Shown here: positions 13,760 to 25,697 of the stretch, piece by piece
How positions within the stretch are numbered: position 1 is the stretch's first letter
How the letters are laid out: the number at the start of each line of letters is the position of its first letter
Assembly: GCA_000320545.1 (NCBI GenBank)
Contig: ADNK01000415.1
Coordinates: forward strand, 10,414 to 74,413
DNA from: Bigelowiella natans CCMP2755
Lineage: Eukaryota > Protista > Cercozoa
Direction of reading: 5' to 3'
Length of the DNA stretch: 64,000 nt
The notes under the pieces: generated by a model
What the model was told of the DNA's origin: nothing
Databases searched by the model: none
Seen by the model: the letters and a program-made list of their open reading frames with translations, nothing else
Program-made: the position numbers and the translations under genes

Positions 13760-13812
<53 letters not shown>

Positions 13813-14430
13813 AGAGCTGCTTTTGGTATGGATGATGTTGCATATTTGCATGTAAACAAACAAAAAAACGACGAATAAACACACACGCGCATACATACCA
13901 CTGCTGCTACTGCTACTACTACTACTACTACTACTACTAATGATAATAATACTACGGCTGCTCATAAAAGTGCTGTGACTTACCTTTTCAATGTTGCTTG
14001 GATTTCGAGTACATGGCCATTCACCCAATAGGCGACCAAATCGCCCCCATCGTCATCGTTATCATCGTCATCACCATCGGCATACTGTTTTCGCTCACCT
14101 TTCTTGTTGTCCACACTGCTGTTGCTGCTGCTGGCAGTGTTGGGGATAGTTGATGTCCGGAAGAGCTTCTTATCTGAAGGGAGGAATATTGCCCTGTACT
14201 GGTGCAGAATCTCGAAGATGTGCTGCCTGTTAAATTGAGTAGTAGGTCGTTGCAGTGGAGATATCATCAGAGAACAAAACTACATTTTCTCTCCCCACAT
14301 TCCTCTTTACTGTTTTGGATTGGATTGGGTTTTCATTTGGACATTGCAATGCATACTCGAAGGTCGGTAGAGAGGCGATGAGCAACAAAATACGTCTTTA
14401 AGAAGGCATTTTACCATGGTGCAAATAAAA

Positions 14431-14469
<39 letters not shown>

Positions 14470-14885
14470 GTATTTCGATATTATTACCTTGTGAAATCGA
14501 GATACCGTGTGATGAACTCATACGGCGACTCGTCTATCAATCACCACCAATATTATGTCAGGGGGGGGGGGGAGGGGAGAGGTAGGATGTAGCCAGAGGA
14601 GAGAGAACAGGATGATTAACAGAAGCCACAAACGACATTCACGACTTTTTCTTCTTCTTCTTCTTCTTTCTTTTTTTTTACCAGGCGGCATCGATGCTAG
14701 TTGCCTTGTGAGTGATATGTCTCTACTCCGAAGGAACTTATGACGATTGAATGATGATGTTGGAAAACAAACAGAAGGACGATGAGAATAATAATAGTGA
14801 CGGTAAGAAACAAGAAGAAATCTATCATATCACCAATGGCAAGAATTTGGAAGCACATGCAAAATCGCCCAAGTTGGGGTGATGG

Positions 14886-14920
<35 letters not shown>

Positions 14921-15881
14921 CCAACCTGTGCTCTCAGTCGGCCTTCAGAGAATCCACCGACGCGCCGCAAATAGCTGCGTTCAAGATAACAAAATTTGGA
15001 GAGGGAGGGGGGAGGGGAGGGAAACCGGGGTGATTTCGTCATAAATCGGGTTATTCTCTAAATGAGAACATCTTTCCGAGTATTATCAGCAAATCTATGC
15101 TGCTGTTTGTTTACTCGGTCACAGTACTACTACGTTACGAGGGGCATTTGGGGGTGTGTCAAATGCCATACACCAGCCCTTTTCATCGTTGTCTTCTTCT
15201 TCTTCGTCAATCATCATCATCATCATTACAGCAATCTAGCAACATACTACTACTACTACTACCACCACCACCACCACTACTACTACTACTAGTAGTACCC
15301 TATTATCTTGAGGCACAGTGGTAAGCTCAGTTTACCCTCCTAATAGTATACATCCGATCGAAAACATCAACGGCATATCAATCAATATGTTGTTGCGACG
15401 ACGACGATGATGATGATGACGGTGAAGAAGATGATGATGACAAAATGAGAGTCTTAGAAACCACGATTTACAAACCATCATTGTTTGAAGTCATCATCCT
15501 CATCATCACCACCGCCACCACCGGCAGCAGCAGCAGCAGCAGCACAACGCTAAGTAATTACCAGCATCCTGAGGAATCGTTCTACCACAATTTTCATCGT
15601 GGAGCGTGTCTGCTCAGAAATGTCGGCCAATACCGCCACGTCTGGGTAGCGTCTAGAGTAGAGAACAAGAGAATACCGGTGATGGGAACGATTGTTGGCA
15701 TGGTGAGAGAGTAGTATAAACCAACGAAAGAACAACGATGACCTTCTTTTTTTTTAATGTGTGGTTGTATCTGTTTGTCGCTGTATTATATCTTACTCCA
15801 CCGTCGCACCTTTGGAGGGCTCGCACAAGTGCTTCCAGGCCCAAGGCCTCCTCATACATTTCTTGACAATATTATCAACAG

Positions 15882-15918
<37 letters not shown>

Positions 15919-16331
15919 CATGCTTTAGCTAGCATCGATATATCGGCATCAACATCCATTAATGATAACTGCTACTGCTATCATTACGCTCGGTTGATGT
16001 CTTTGTACCTACACGCGCACAAGAATTGATTAGTTGGGGGATTTCCAGAATTTCCAGCAATTGGTACTGATTCTGAAGCATTATGTATTCACAATAACTT
16101 GCAGTCATTTTCGTGATCATAAGCGGAAACGACGAGGAGAGTGTGTGAGGCGGGCCTATTTGTATGCGTTTCCCATATTCGCTACTACTACTCCTACTAC
16201 TCCTACTACTCCTACTTGAAAGTAATATCAAAAGTCAATCATCACCTGAATCATGAGGCTGGTCAATCTGCGTTTTTTCCGTATCTTAGATGCTTCTGTT
16301 TCGAAGTCCTCACACCTGACGTCAAGTTTCA

Positions 16332-16417
<86 letters not shown>

Positions 16418-17186
16418 CACGTCCGTAAGCAAGGTCATATGTGGAAACTATTAACGGAGATCGATTGATTGAACATCATTCTCACTGACTTTTGGATGAG
16501 GTCCGGCATCGTCTCTTGAATACCGCGTAGACTTTCCGACATCGTGCAAAACTAATTTCATTCGGGTGATTGACGGCACGCTTTTAGAACAATGTAACAA
16601 GCAGATGATGCTTTGTTCCTTTGCCGTGTCATCGATTATCAGTGTTTTCGTTCAGATTTCGGAATCCGATTAGGAACATTATACATGTCACTGTTTCTCG
16701 TTGTGTAGTTCTCAAGCGGTCTTACTCCATACAATCGTCACCAACCCTCTTTTTTGGTTGAGTCAGCAAGGTACTATGTTGATGTATGTAAACATGTGCA
16801 TTGCTGCTTGTTTTGACTTATATATATATATATATATATATATGACTACCGAGTCTTTGGTTGACCGAATACACTGGGAACCGTGCAGGAAACTGCAACA
16901 AATAACAAACACGTGTTTAGTGCTTTCTGTGCAAACACACACACACACACACACACGCGCGCGCACATGCACACCAAAATCACCACCACCACCACCACCG
17001 CATATTGCCTTCTTTTGCTCAATCTTCTTGTCAGATCATGTACCTATCGTAGTTCTCAGTCGCCAGTCGTTGCATCTCCCCATCTACTCTTTGCAAAGAT
17101 GATTCTAGATGTGCGGGTTCCTACCATATTGTCAATTTAGTCTTACTTCTTCCTGCTATGATTCTTTTTCCTCGTTTCATGTAATA

Positions 17187-17231
<45 letters not shown>

Positions 17232-17652
17232 TCACTCATTCATTCAAAATGATTAAATAGTAATATACAGTCAAGGCCATATTGCACAATACTATAATAT
17301 GTATGCTACAAGCAAACAAATATTGACACGGAATGGAGGCAGCTAACATTCCGCGTATGCTTTGTGAGGGGCATATCGTAAAATACCAACATCTCTTTTT
17401 CCGCTGAGATTTGCATGAAGAGATGCTAGCAAGTTCTTTCCAAGTTCATTTTCATAGTACCTCTCCCCCAATTTTGTTCCACACCCCATATCATCCCCCT
17501 CCCCCCCCCCTCCTAATAACCTTTTCTAGACGGATCATATTGAATGACGATAGGTCCCGCAGATAAGTAGCGATCTCGTCACGATGATCTGGCATGCTCT
17601 TGTCTGCTGCATCTCCCAGCAGGGCATTGTCAGCCAACGCAGAAGTATCCAT
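11444..17652 (-). CDS. COG8: Conserved oligomeric Golgi complex subunit 8 (Dor1 family)
   Basis: Spliced exons give YLRDLSSFNMIRLEK|EPAHL..LATENYDS|FLHGSQC, LLEILEIPQLINSCAR, YEEALGL, LSLPLCLKIIG|YLRRVGGFSEGRLRAQ|FLRSRD, HIFEILHQYRAIF, QCM|YCGLSLLR|VGVDFR, FPPLACLSNS|IIVAFNSLRHCTP, LLPYL. These are collinear with conserved COG8 blocks. Start MDTSAL at 17652. The 3' end is either 11444 or spliced onward to 9059. Confidence 0.9.
13623..13696. repeat. 38/36-bp tandem duplication spanning a COG8 5' splice site
   Basis: tatgcgtgtattgctcatatatctagcacgtacatgca followed by tatgcgtgtattgttcatatctagcacgtacatgca. Confidence 0.85.
16334..16411. repeat. Compound (AC)n-(AG)n microsatellite; representative of dozens of intronic SSRs in the window
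   Basis: Read directly. Similar (AG)n, (AC)n, (TA)n, (CAT)n, (GAA)n and (CAG)n tracts occur in most introns of 1-18.6 kb, 29.3-41 kb and 63-64 kb. Confidence 0.95.
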
Positions 17653-17956
17653 CTTCCCTCCTCCTCCTCTTATGAGCCGGTAGACGCTGGGGGGAGGACG
17701 ATAGATAGCTCCAATAGCCGGCTGCCCCCTCTCTCTGAGTCTCTTGCCTGAAAAAGTGACGTAGGCGTTGACCCGATGGGAATCTAATTTTGGGTGAAAA
17801 TCGAATGGAAACGCAGGTCATTTTTAATTTTATATCTTCGATTTTTCGGAGAGTCTCGAGAGATTGTGTGTTTCGGCGCTCAGACGAGCGTCTTCCTGTG
17901 TGCCTAACCCAACCGACCAATGCCATGCACCACGATTTCAGATGTTGCAGGGGGGG

Positions 17957-18517
17957 ATGGCACTCTCCGTGGCCGCCTGTCCCATTGATCTTTACGATCC
18001 TGGTGAGAGCCTAATCGATGTTGTTCGAAGTTCCATGTTTGGTTTAATCAAAGTCCTTGCAGCTATGGTCCTGTCGAGCATCGAGATTTGAATGTGGAAA
18101 TAATGTGGCAAATCCTCTGCCGTATCCATCGCAGACAGTAATCGGGTAACCGCTCAACGCTCTAACTCCAGTTAGATCCATGTATGTTCTGATTTGATTT
18201 GATGTAGGACGACCCGCAGTCATTTTACAGATGATGACGACGACAAGGCGGCTGCAGCTGCTACTGTATCGGTGATCCAGGCCCTCGGAGTGCAAGACCT
18301 GTCTCCCGAAACACCTACTACACTGCCAATGGTGATCGTCCATCGATTTGAGCTTTGCCTTGTGTGCATCATAATGCTGATCCGATACATGCGATTTTGG
18401 CGCTGATTGTTTCTAAGATTACGGTGTTGACGATATTCGACAACAATCCGTTGAGCTGCCATCACAGAAATGTCACAGAAAGGTGCGAATAAGATCCCAG
18501 TTTTGATGATGATGATG

Positions 18518-18583
<66 letters not shown>

Positions 18584-20552
18584 ACTAAACTGCCGATTCT
18601 GAAAGGGTAATTAACATAACTTTCTGCTCGGCACATGCACCTATGTGATCATCTCAGGAGTATGATAGTTAACTTTGGCTACGCTCATTATCCGCCGGTA
18701 CGCTTTCTTTTATTGCAGCAAGGACGAAAATGGCCATCAGAAAAGTTGATGTCAAATCCTCATCTAATATTTGTACTATAGGAATTGCTGGATTGGATCA
18801 TCATCGATGCCTCTGATACGAAATCTGACCACCTGTCCTCCGTTTCATTGTAATCTAGCTTAAATTCTTCTGCTTAGATGACATATATTGATCGTCGAAC
18901 ATATTGAAGAAGGATTCTTTGTAACTACCCAGGGAAGACACTCGGATAAGATATTTTCACAAGAGGGGACTTCATTTCCAAGCAGCCGTTAAATATTCTA
19001 TAGATTTGGCTCTGTCAAATGTGGCTTCGCCGCAAGTATTATGTGACCGTGATGTTGACATCGATCGATCGTTACTTTTGACAACCATGAATAACGCATC
19101 CCAATCAGGATGTGGCAAGTGGGACGACCCAGCACGCTAGTCTTCTGGTCCGTAGAGAATGATACAGTAATTGCCATGATGAGTAGGTCGTAACCGATAG
19201 CGTTTCTTCGTATTAAGGTTTCCATGCGGCCAGGGGGTGTCTACCACCCTAGTTATTTGCACTTTGCAGCCTCTGCTTTTATCAGTGCTGCAACTAGCAG
19301 CCCACCAGTCATATTGGTAAGCGTATGTTATCATTTTTGTCAGCAATATTTGTTTAATTCTACGATGGTTGTTTCATTTTATACAGATGCTAGAAACCGG
19401 GGTGTCACATCTGGAGCATGACCTTGATGGCTCTCTAACGGAGGGAACTTGTAATGACGATGAACGCACACGATCAAAATCGAACCAACCATTTTTTAAA
19501 ACAAAAAAACAAGATCGCTTTGCAACAAAAAAGTGAACAGTTTTATTGAAATCTTTTTAAAAAAATATTTTCAAGCTAAAAAATTACGAATTCAGACTCT
19601 AATGCCCATTCAGGTGATATGATAGGCTGTCGCAAGTTTCCCATGCTAAAGTCTCAACTGAAGGAGTGGTTCTCTATGTTTCTGTTTCATTTTGCGTAGC
19701 ACCACATAAACCTAATATCGTACCTATTATTATCATTCTACAAGGTACCTGGCTGAGTGGGCTATCAGTCTCTACCATTTTCATAAAAACGAATGCTCTT
19801 TAAGCGGACAGGTCGTACTCAAACTCTTCCCCACCACGTCAATTGCATTGAGATCCACGTGTTCTTCTCTGCAAATATAGAGAGAAGCATCAAAAGCAGA
19901 CAACTCCACGATTTACTGCGAAAAGGTCACTTTCTCTTTACGATTCACAATTTTCTAACCTTAACCTACTAACACTCTCTATGCGGATCTTTGTTTCCCT
20001 TTTGAACATACGTAATCAACCCGTCAGATTACTACTTCCAAGTTGCTCTTCGCAAATGTTTTGCCAAACGGTAGAACCTGACTCATTAACAAAGCTTGAT
20101 GAGGCAGTAACTTTTGATTCCTTTGCACAGAGGATTTCCTTGTTTCCAGACTGGCAGATGACGCTGTGAAGGACGCTGATGCATCATTCGAAAAAATGCA
20201 AGTTTGCCAAACGAAGGTGAGCTCTCTACTTCACAGGTATCTTAAGACATAAGCTTGTGTCTAATGTCAAATCACCATCCTTTTAGGCATTAAGAGAGAA
20301 AAACTTCAACGTACTGCAAGCATTGTTGCGGCCAGGTGAGAAGGCATGTTAGATTCATTCTCTTCAAAGACTTACAGACAAAAATCGTTCAACTATGGTT
20401 TTACAGATTGTATTCAGATTCGTGACATAGGGGAGCCTGATTTCTTTGACCCGAGGTAAATAATACGTAAACGTGTAAAAGTCTACACTGCGATCTCATT
20501 CTCTTTCACAACATCCAGGGCGAGCTGGTTCAAGGCAATGTCGAGGGGCTGA
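17957..20552 (+). CDS. Glycosyltransferase family 2-like protein (degenerate DxD)
   Basis: Many short exons: ITVLTIFDNNP..|SMIVNFGYAHYPP|ELLDWIIIDASD..EDTRIRYFHKRG..|TVIAMM..GGVYHPSYL. This matches the GT-A N-terminal pattern (VSVLTPTYN..YP..LEWIIIDD..IRY..IIVxxDDDDYYPP). Last exons ALREKNF..|DCIQIRD..|ASWFKAMSRG*. Confidence 0.6.
18521..18575. repeat. (TA)n microsatellite, intronic and intact
   Basis: Perfect TA run. Intact (TA)n tracts also at ~12502, ~13295, ~30130, ~30930 and ~63866. Confidence 0.95.
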
Positions 20553-20636
20553 AGGCGAGACCTGTCTGATAAGATCTGGAGGTTCTCATGCCAGAAGAGT
20601 TTCTGCACAAAACTTGTCAAATTTGTATTAGCGCGG

Positions 20637-20684
<48 letters not shown>

Positions 20685-20757
20685 ACTATACGCGTATGAT
20701 ATCAATTGTGGATGATGACTTATTTTTTCTAATTTGTACATTTGCCATGCATGCGCA

Positions 20758-21369
20758 TGTAAGACGGATGTAATTAATCAAATTAAATTTGTTCAATAAT
20801 GCTCATCCTCGTGTAGCTGTGCAATGCAGCGGCTACAGGTGTGACGGAGTTATTACAATGAATGGTGCGAGCGAGCAGCCGCGCGCTGCAACGCGGCGGT
20901 CTGGCGCTGGCGATTGGCCATCGGGGCACGCTAGCACGTGCAATGGATGCAGTGACTAAATTCTAGCGCAAATCTAGCAATGCAGAATGCTAAAATGCCT
21001 TTGCGGTCGCAACATGGATGCATGTCTAGCATAGATGTGCCGCTAGTAGATAGAGAAAATGAGCAACATAGATGCGGCTCTATTGTTTTTTGTTGTCATA
21101 ATTTTGATGAGTCACTTGTCTTTACCATGTCTAGCGTAGCAAACACATGTGCAAGTGGAGTCAACGCAGGCCATCGGCGACGAGGCGCTCCGACACTCAC
21201 TAGCTTAGGCACATCGCCCGAACGAAGGAAATTGCAATGGACACAGTGATGCGCATGATGCATGAAACACACATGTTGCTATATTGCATCACGTGTCGTA
21301 TGTCTACAATAAGTGCCACTCTAGCACTGTTGAAAGGATTTAATCTCACTTCATTACATCCGTCTCATA
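20758..21369. mobile_element. MITE-like element, ~610 bp, with ~45-bp imperfect terminal inverted repeats
   Basis: Left end tgtaagacggatgtaattaatcaaattaaatttgttcaataatgct. Right end reverse-complemented tatgagacggatgtaatgaagtgagattaaatcctttcaacagtgct. No credible ORF inside. Confidence 0.65.
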
Positions 21370-21881
21370 ATATTACAAGTGCCGCATATCTAGATATGTG
21401 TGATTTGTGTGCACATTAGTTGTAGTCACGCGTGCTAGCGTGTATGTCATCCATTTACCTGTGACTGCTCTAGTGCTGCGTGTTGGCGCACTTCATTCAT
21501 ATATTCATGCATGTTGCTGTCTGCTCCGCTGCGTACTTGGGTGTTGCTTTACGGTACGAACAACAACCCATCTCATCACTTCTTAATTCATGTTTGCGAA
21601 GACTGTTTTGTGGTGATTCTGCTTACTATGTCGCTATGTTACATGTTGCAGGCACGTAATAATTTGTTTCGTTAGTGTTGCATTCCTGATTAGAAACAAC
21701 GACTACGTCGAACATACAATCTAAAGAGAACTAGAGCACTGGGTATTACAATAAAGAAGAATTTCCCCTACTACTAGATATTACGTTCTAACCTAACTTC
21801 ATTATTCGATTTCTTAATTTGGTAAATATCTTGATTTGCAGCTTCTATGCGGCAATTCCAAAAACGTGGGTTTTCCACAAA

Positions 21882-24008
21882 TCATTCACGAGAAGACTTA
21901 GAGAAAAGGCACCTGAGGCGAATCACATTAGCCTGTCCGTTCTTCCCCTTGACCTTTTCCGCCTTCCACGAGGTTTTCGAGGGGCAGGACTTCTTACTAT
22001 TTCTGGCACCTGCTGCAGCGTCGTCTTCATTTTTAGGCTGCTGAGGAGACCCCCCGGCGTTCTTGAGCCGCTCCAGCTCCGCTCGTAGGTTATCGTACTG
22101 AATCTTCATCGCCTTTAGTTGTTTCTCCGTTTCAGCAGCCAGATTTTCCTCTCCTTTTGACTTATTTTGCAACTCGCCCTCTTTGCCTCTACTCCTCCGT
22201 TTCTTTTTCCGACCACGGCAGGATGGTATCATCTTTTTTTCAGCCGAAGGAGTTTGCTGCTTAGAATGTAGTAGAGCGTTGCTTTGTCTCTTCCTCTTCT
22301 TTTTCTTCCGATTCTTCTTCGGTTTATTATCTGCATGGTCCCGTGTAGTAGTAGTGCTACTGCTACTGCTGCTCTCTGAGACACCAACCTGCATTTCAGC
22401 TGCTATACCTTGTTCGCTACTTCCATTACTTATGTTATTCGCCTCGACCCGAGGTACTACTACCAAGGTCTCCGTTTCTCTATTGCTATTTACATTTGAA
22501 ACAATGCCCTGAAAGCGAATGAGACGGGTAGGTTTGCGCCACGGTGTGGCCGTGGTATCGTAATTATAACGTAGGGGCTGAGAAAGGCCACTCTCTTGAG
22601 AAGGGGGGGACGATGATAAGTCCCGGTTCTCGCTGCTGCCCACTATCTTCTCTTTATTAGTCCCCGGCGGTTGTTTTTCAATGCTGCTAAGCTTCTTCAA
22701 CTGCTTGGAGTTCGATTTCTTCCTCCTACGTTCTCGTTTCTGTTTCTCTAGAATCTCTGTGATTCGTGCACAGTCGCGTTGGTAGCTTCGCTTGTGCCAG
22801 GCGAAGTAAGTCTCATCAGAAATGTCTTCTTCACTGCTGCACTCGCCCACTTTCATCTTGTCCTCCCCTCCCTGCTCGTGGATTTCCGTATTATTATGAT
22901 CCACCTCTTCCTTCTGTCGCCAGGGGGGTGTTATAATCTCTCTCTTAAACATCTGCCACTCCGTAGATATATCTGATGTTGTTGATGATGATGGAATCGG
23001 AATGAGGACGAGATAAGAGAGGAGAGAAAAGAAGAAAAGTGAACGAGCAATCTTGTTGCACAATGATCACTCCCTTTGGCAGCAACATGTCACATCCTAC
23101 CCACCTCTTGGAACAGGAAGACTGAGAGACACGAAGCCGAGAAGATCATTTGAATTTTTCCTCCTTGGCGTTACCATTGGTGAAGCTGGCAAACGCTGGA
23201 GCTTTTGCAAAGCGGTGGCCTTTTTACTTCTTGAAGGAACGCTATTTGGGCTTTTGTGCGCAGTTTTTCTATCGACATGCTGCCTCCCTATTGCTTCCGG
23301 GAGAGATATTTGTTTCTTCATTGGAGTATTATTATGTACACAATGGGTTCCATTCAAAATTTGCGACACGTTTTTGGGCACGATGGTTTCATTTCCTTTT
23401 TGGGGAGTAGCCACCTTACCATGGCCGGGTGAAGGCTGAGTTTCGATCTTGAGTGTGGATGCATTTTCCAGTGCTGAATTTGTTGTACTTACGTCAGGAG
23501 TGGACTTCGTAGAGGAAGGGGAAATTCCTGCCCCAAGATCACTTGTCGTCTGTGTATTTTTTATGTGCGCCGCAGCAGTTTGAGCAGGTGTGGCTTGGCC
23601 GATTGTAGGCATCATAGGCGCTGGAACATGAAACGTTGACGAGGGATTGACGTGTAAATTTGGTGAAGACTTGCCCATACCACCGTGCATTTGTGCCTTG
23701 TAGTAAAATTGCGAGGAAATATAATTTTGAAGGTACATCATATTGTTTCCTCCCTGATGATTGAAGAGAGTGCTTTGCGGTGGTGCTTTTACGGGTTGTT
23801 GCTGCGGTTGCATTGGAACTGAAACGAGAGGGAATAGGTATGGTCTCTTGCCGACGATCATGGCGTTTGTCATGGGTAGTACGTGAATCGGCCGTCCACT
23901 CTGCTTCGAATCCACGAAGTTGTTGGCAGAGGCAGAGTGAAGAGACGGTGGTGCCGGATATGGTGCAGTGGCTGCTGCCGCGGAAGCCGATGGTCTTCCT
24001 TTATTCAT
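21882..24008 (-). CDS. PEHE-domain (MSL1/KANSL1-like) low-complexity nuclear protein
   Basis: Two long ORFs (23097-24008 and 21882-23063) joined by an intron near 22975-23130. Motif EIITPPWR...EEDISDETYFAWHKR matches the PEHE pattern IxTPxWR..EDxSDExFxxRH. Basic NLS-like tracts and a C-terminal coiled coil. Confidence 0.65.
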
Positions 24009-24989
24009 GTCTTTGTCGTTGAGTTGTGAAATCTAAGAGAGCATTTCTCAGGTAATGATGCTGTGCGAGGCTGGGAAATGGGGAGGTTTTCTAGTTTATT
24101 ATGGAAGCGTATATTACTAGTGGTGTTGCAAGAGGAGGTGGATGCGCTGAAAGGATGACAGCGTATTTCTTATTTCACAGTCCGATGTACTTGGTTCAGG
24201 GCATTAGGTTTTCCAATTTCGCTCTATCTTACCTCTGGATTTTATGCCTCGAAGAGTTCAGGATAAGGTATAGGGGGCTACGATTTACAGCAACATTTTA
24301 AATGTTTGAGATCTGTAATGAACGTTCCGACGGCTTACGTTGTCGTCTTCAGTATGTGAAGAAGCTCTAACAGGGTAGAATCTGATGTATAAGGCGCATT
24401 GGTGTATGGATTTTTTTTTTAAAGTTATGTAAGCACAAAATGTTTGTACAGTGGATACGAGAACGCGCACTGTGAGCACTGGGGTTGGAAAATGGTTGAA
24501 AATTAGCTCCAGTGCGTCATTAACAAATATCTCTTCTGATTTATCATTTACGATACATTTTTCATCTTCATTTTCGATCTATTTCGCAAAATTTGGAGGA
24601 TCGGGGGGGGGGGGGGAAAGAGATGATTTTCTTAACCATTCTCTTTGATTATGTTTGTTGACCAATTTACATGGAATTCGAAGTATACGACAATGATTCT
24701 TTGCAACAATTACAAAATTTTTAGCTTCCGCATTCCATGGATTTGCGCGCCGGCCTTTGGTTTTGTTCTTGTTTGAAGAGTTCGGGTTTAAATGAATGTT
24801 GCAGGACGCAATATATTAATGCAATGTATTTTTAGCATGTACGAGACAATCCAGATTTTCGTAGCCAATCCCAGATTTTCCTCAGAAGTCTCTCATACAT
24901 GTATGTCATCGCAGGTTTTGTTTTGTCTCTTGATGGAGTTTCTCTGTGCTAGATCTATTTTTGGCGCGATCTCGGATAATTTCTAGAAT

Positions 24990-25690
24990 ACCCGCACACG
25001 GAACCTCATCCAGAAATTTTACTGGTGATACTGGATATATTCAGAAATAAATGTAAATAATAAATTATTTGTAAATGCGGTATTATGACCCAATATAAAT
25101 TAATAGTCATTTATCTAGTTGAATCTTAAAAAAATCATTCGATTTATTTGTATTTTTTTGTCTCAGAAATTCTTACATTCTTACAATATTTATTACGTCG
25201 CATAAACTGTTTTCAGCATAAAAGAAATTACAGTAAGCCTATTTTTTTATGCTTAATGACATATACACCCAATTATCAACCTTTATAATTGTCGATACCA
25301 TCAATTCATATGGATACTGTCTACATTTTGAATTATAATTAGATAAACCGCCATCTTAAAAATCCTAATTATTCTACAGGTTTTGAGTGGTAGCAGCAAC
25401 TTTCAGAGTTAAATCAATCTCTATTTTTAAAGTATCATGAAAATACAACACAATACATTGGAAGACACAAAATATAATTTAAAACCAAAAAATATTTTGA
25501 AATCGAAGATCCTTTGAATATGACCTTTAGATGTTGGGTTTTTTTTAAGGAATTGTTGTCTTATATTATAAATTACAAATAAAATTTGAATTTTACTTTA
25601 TTGACAATTCTGAAATATTTTAAAAAGTCGCATCGGACTCGGAGCTTTGCGGTAGCTACTATTATCAAAAATCAACAGAACAACGAAGAT
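24990..25690. promoter_or_regulatory. Strongly AT-rich upstream region of the DAHP synthase-AKR gene (divergent promoter interval)
   Basis: Visibly the most AT-rich stretch of the window, with no ORFs and no microsatellites. It lies between divergent starts at 24008 (-) and 25698 (+). Confidence 0.5.
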
Positions 25691-25697
25691 TCACCCC

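Noticed and set aside
346-17140. Numerous short ORFs with poly-L/S/H/Y/I/C runs
   Set aside because: They are translations of microsatellites or antisense frames of real exons.
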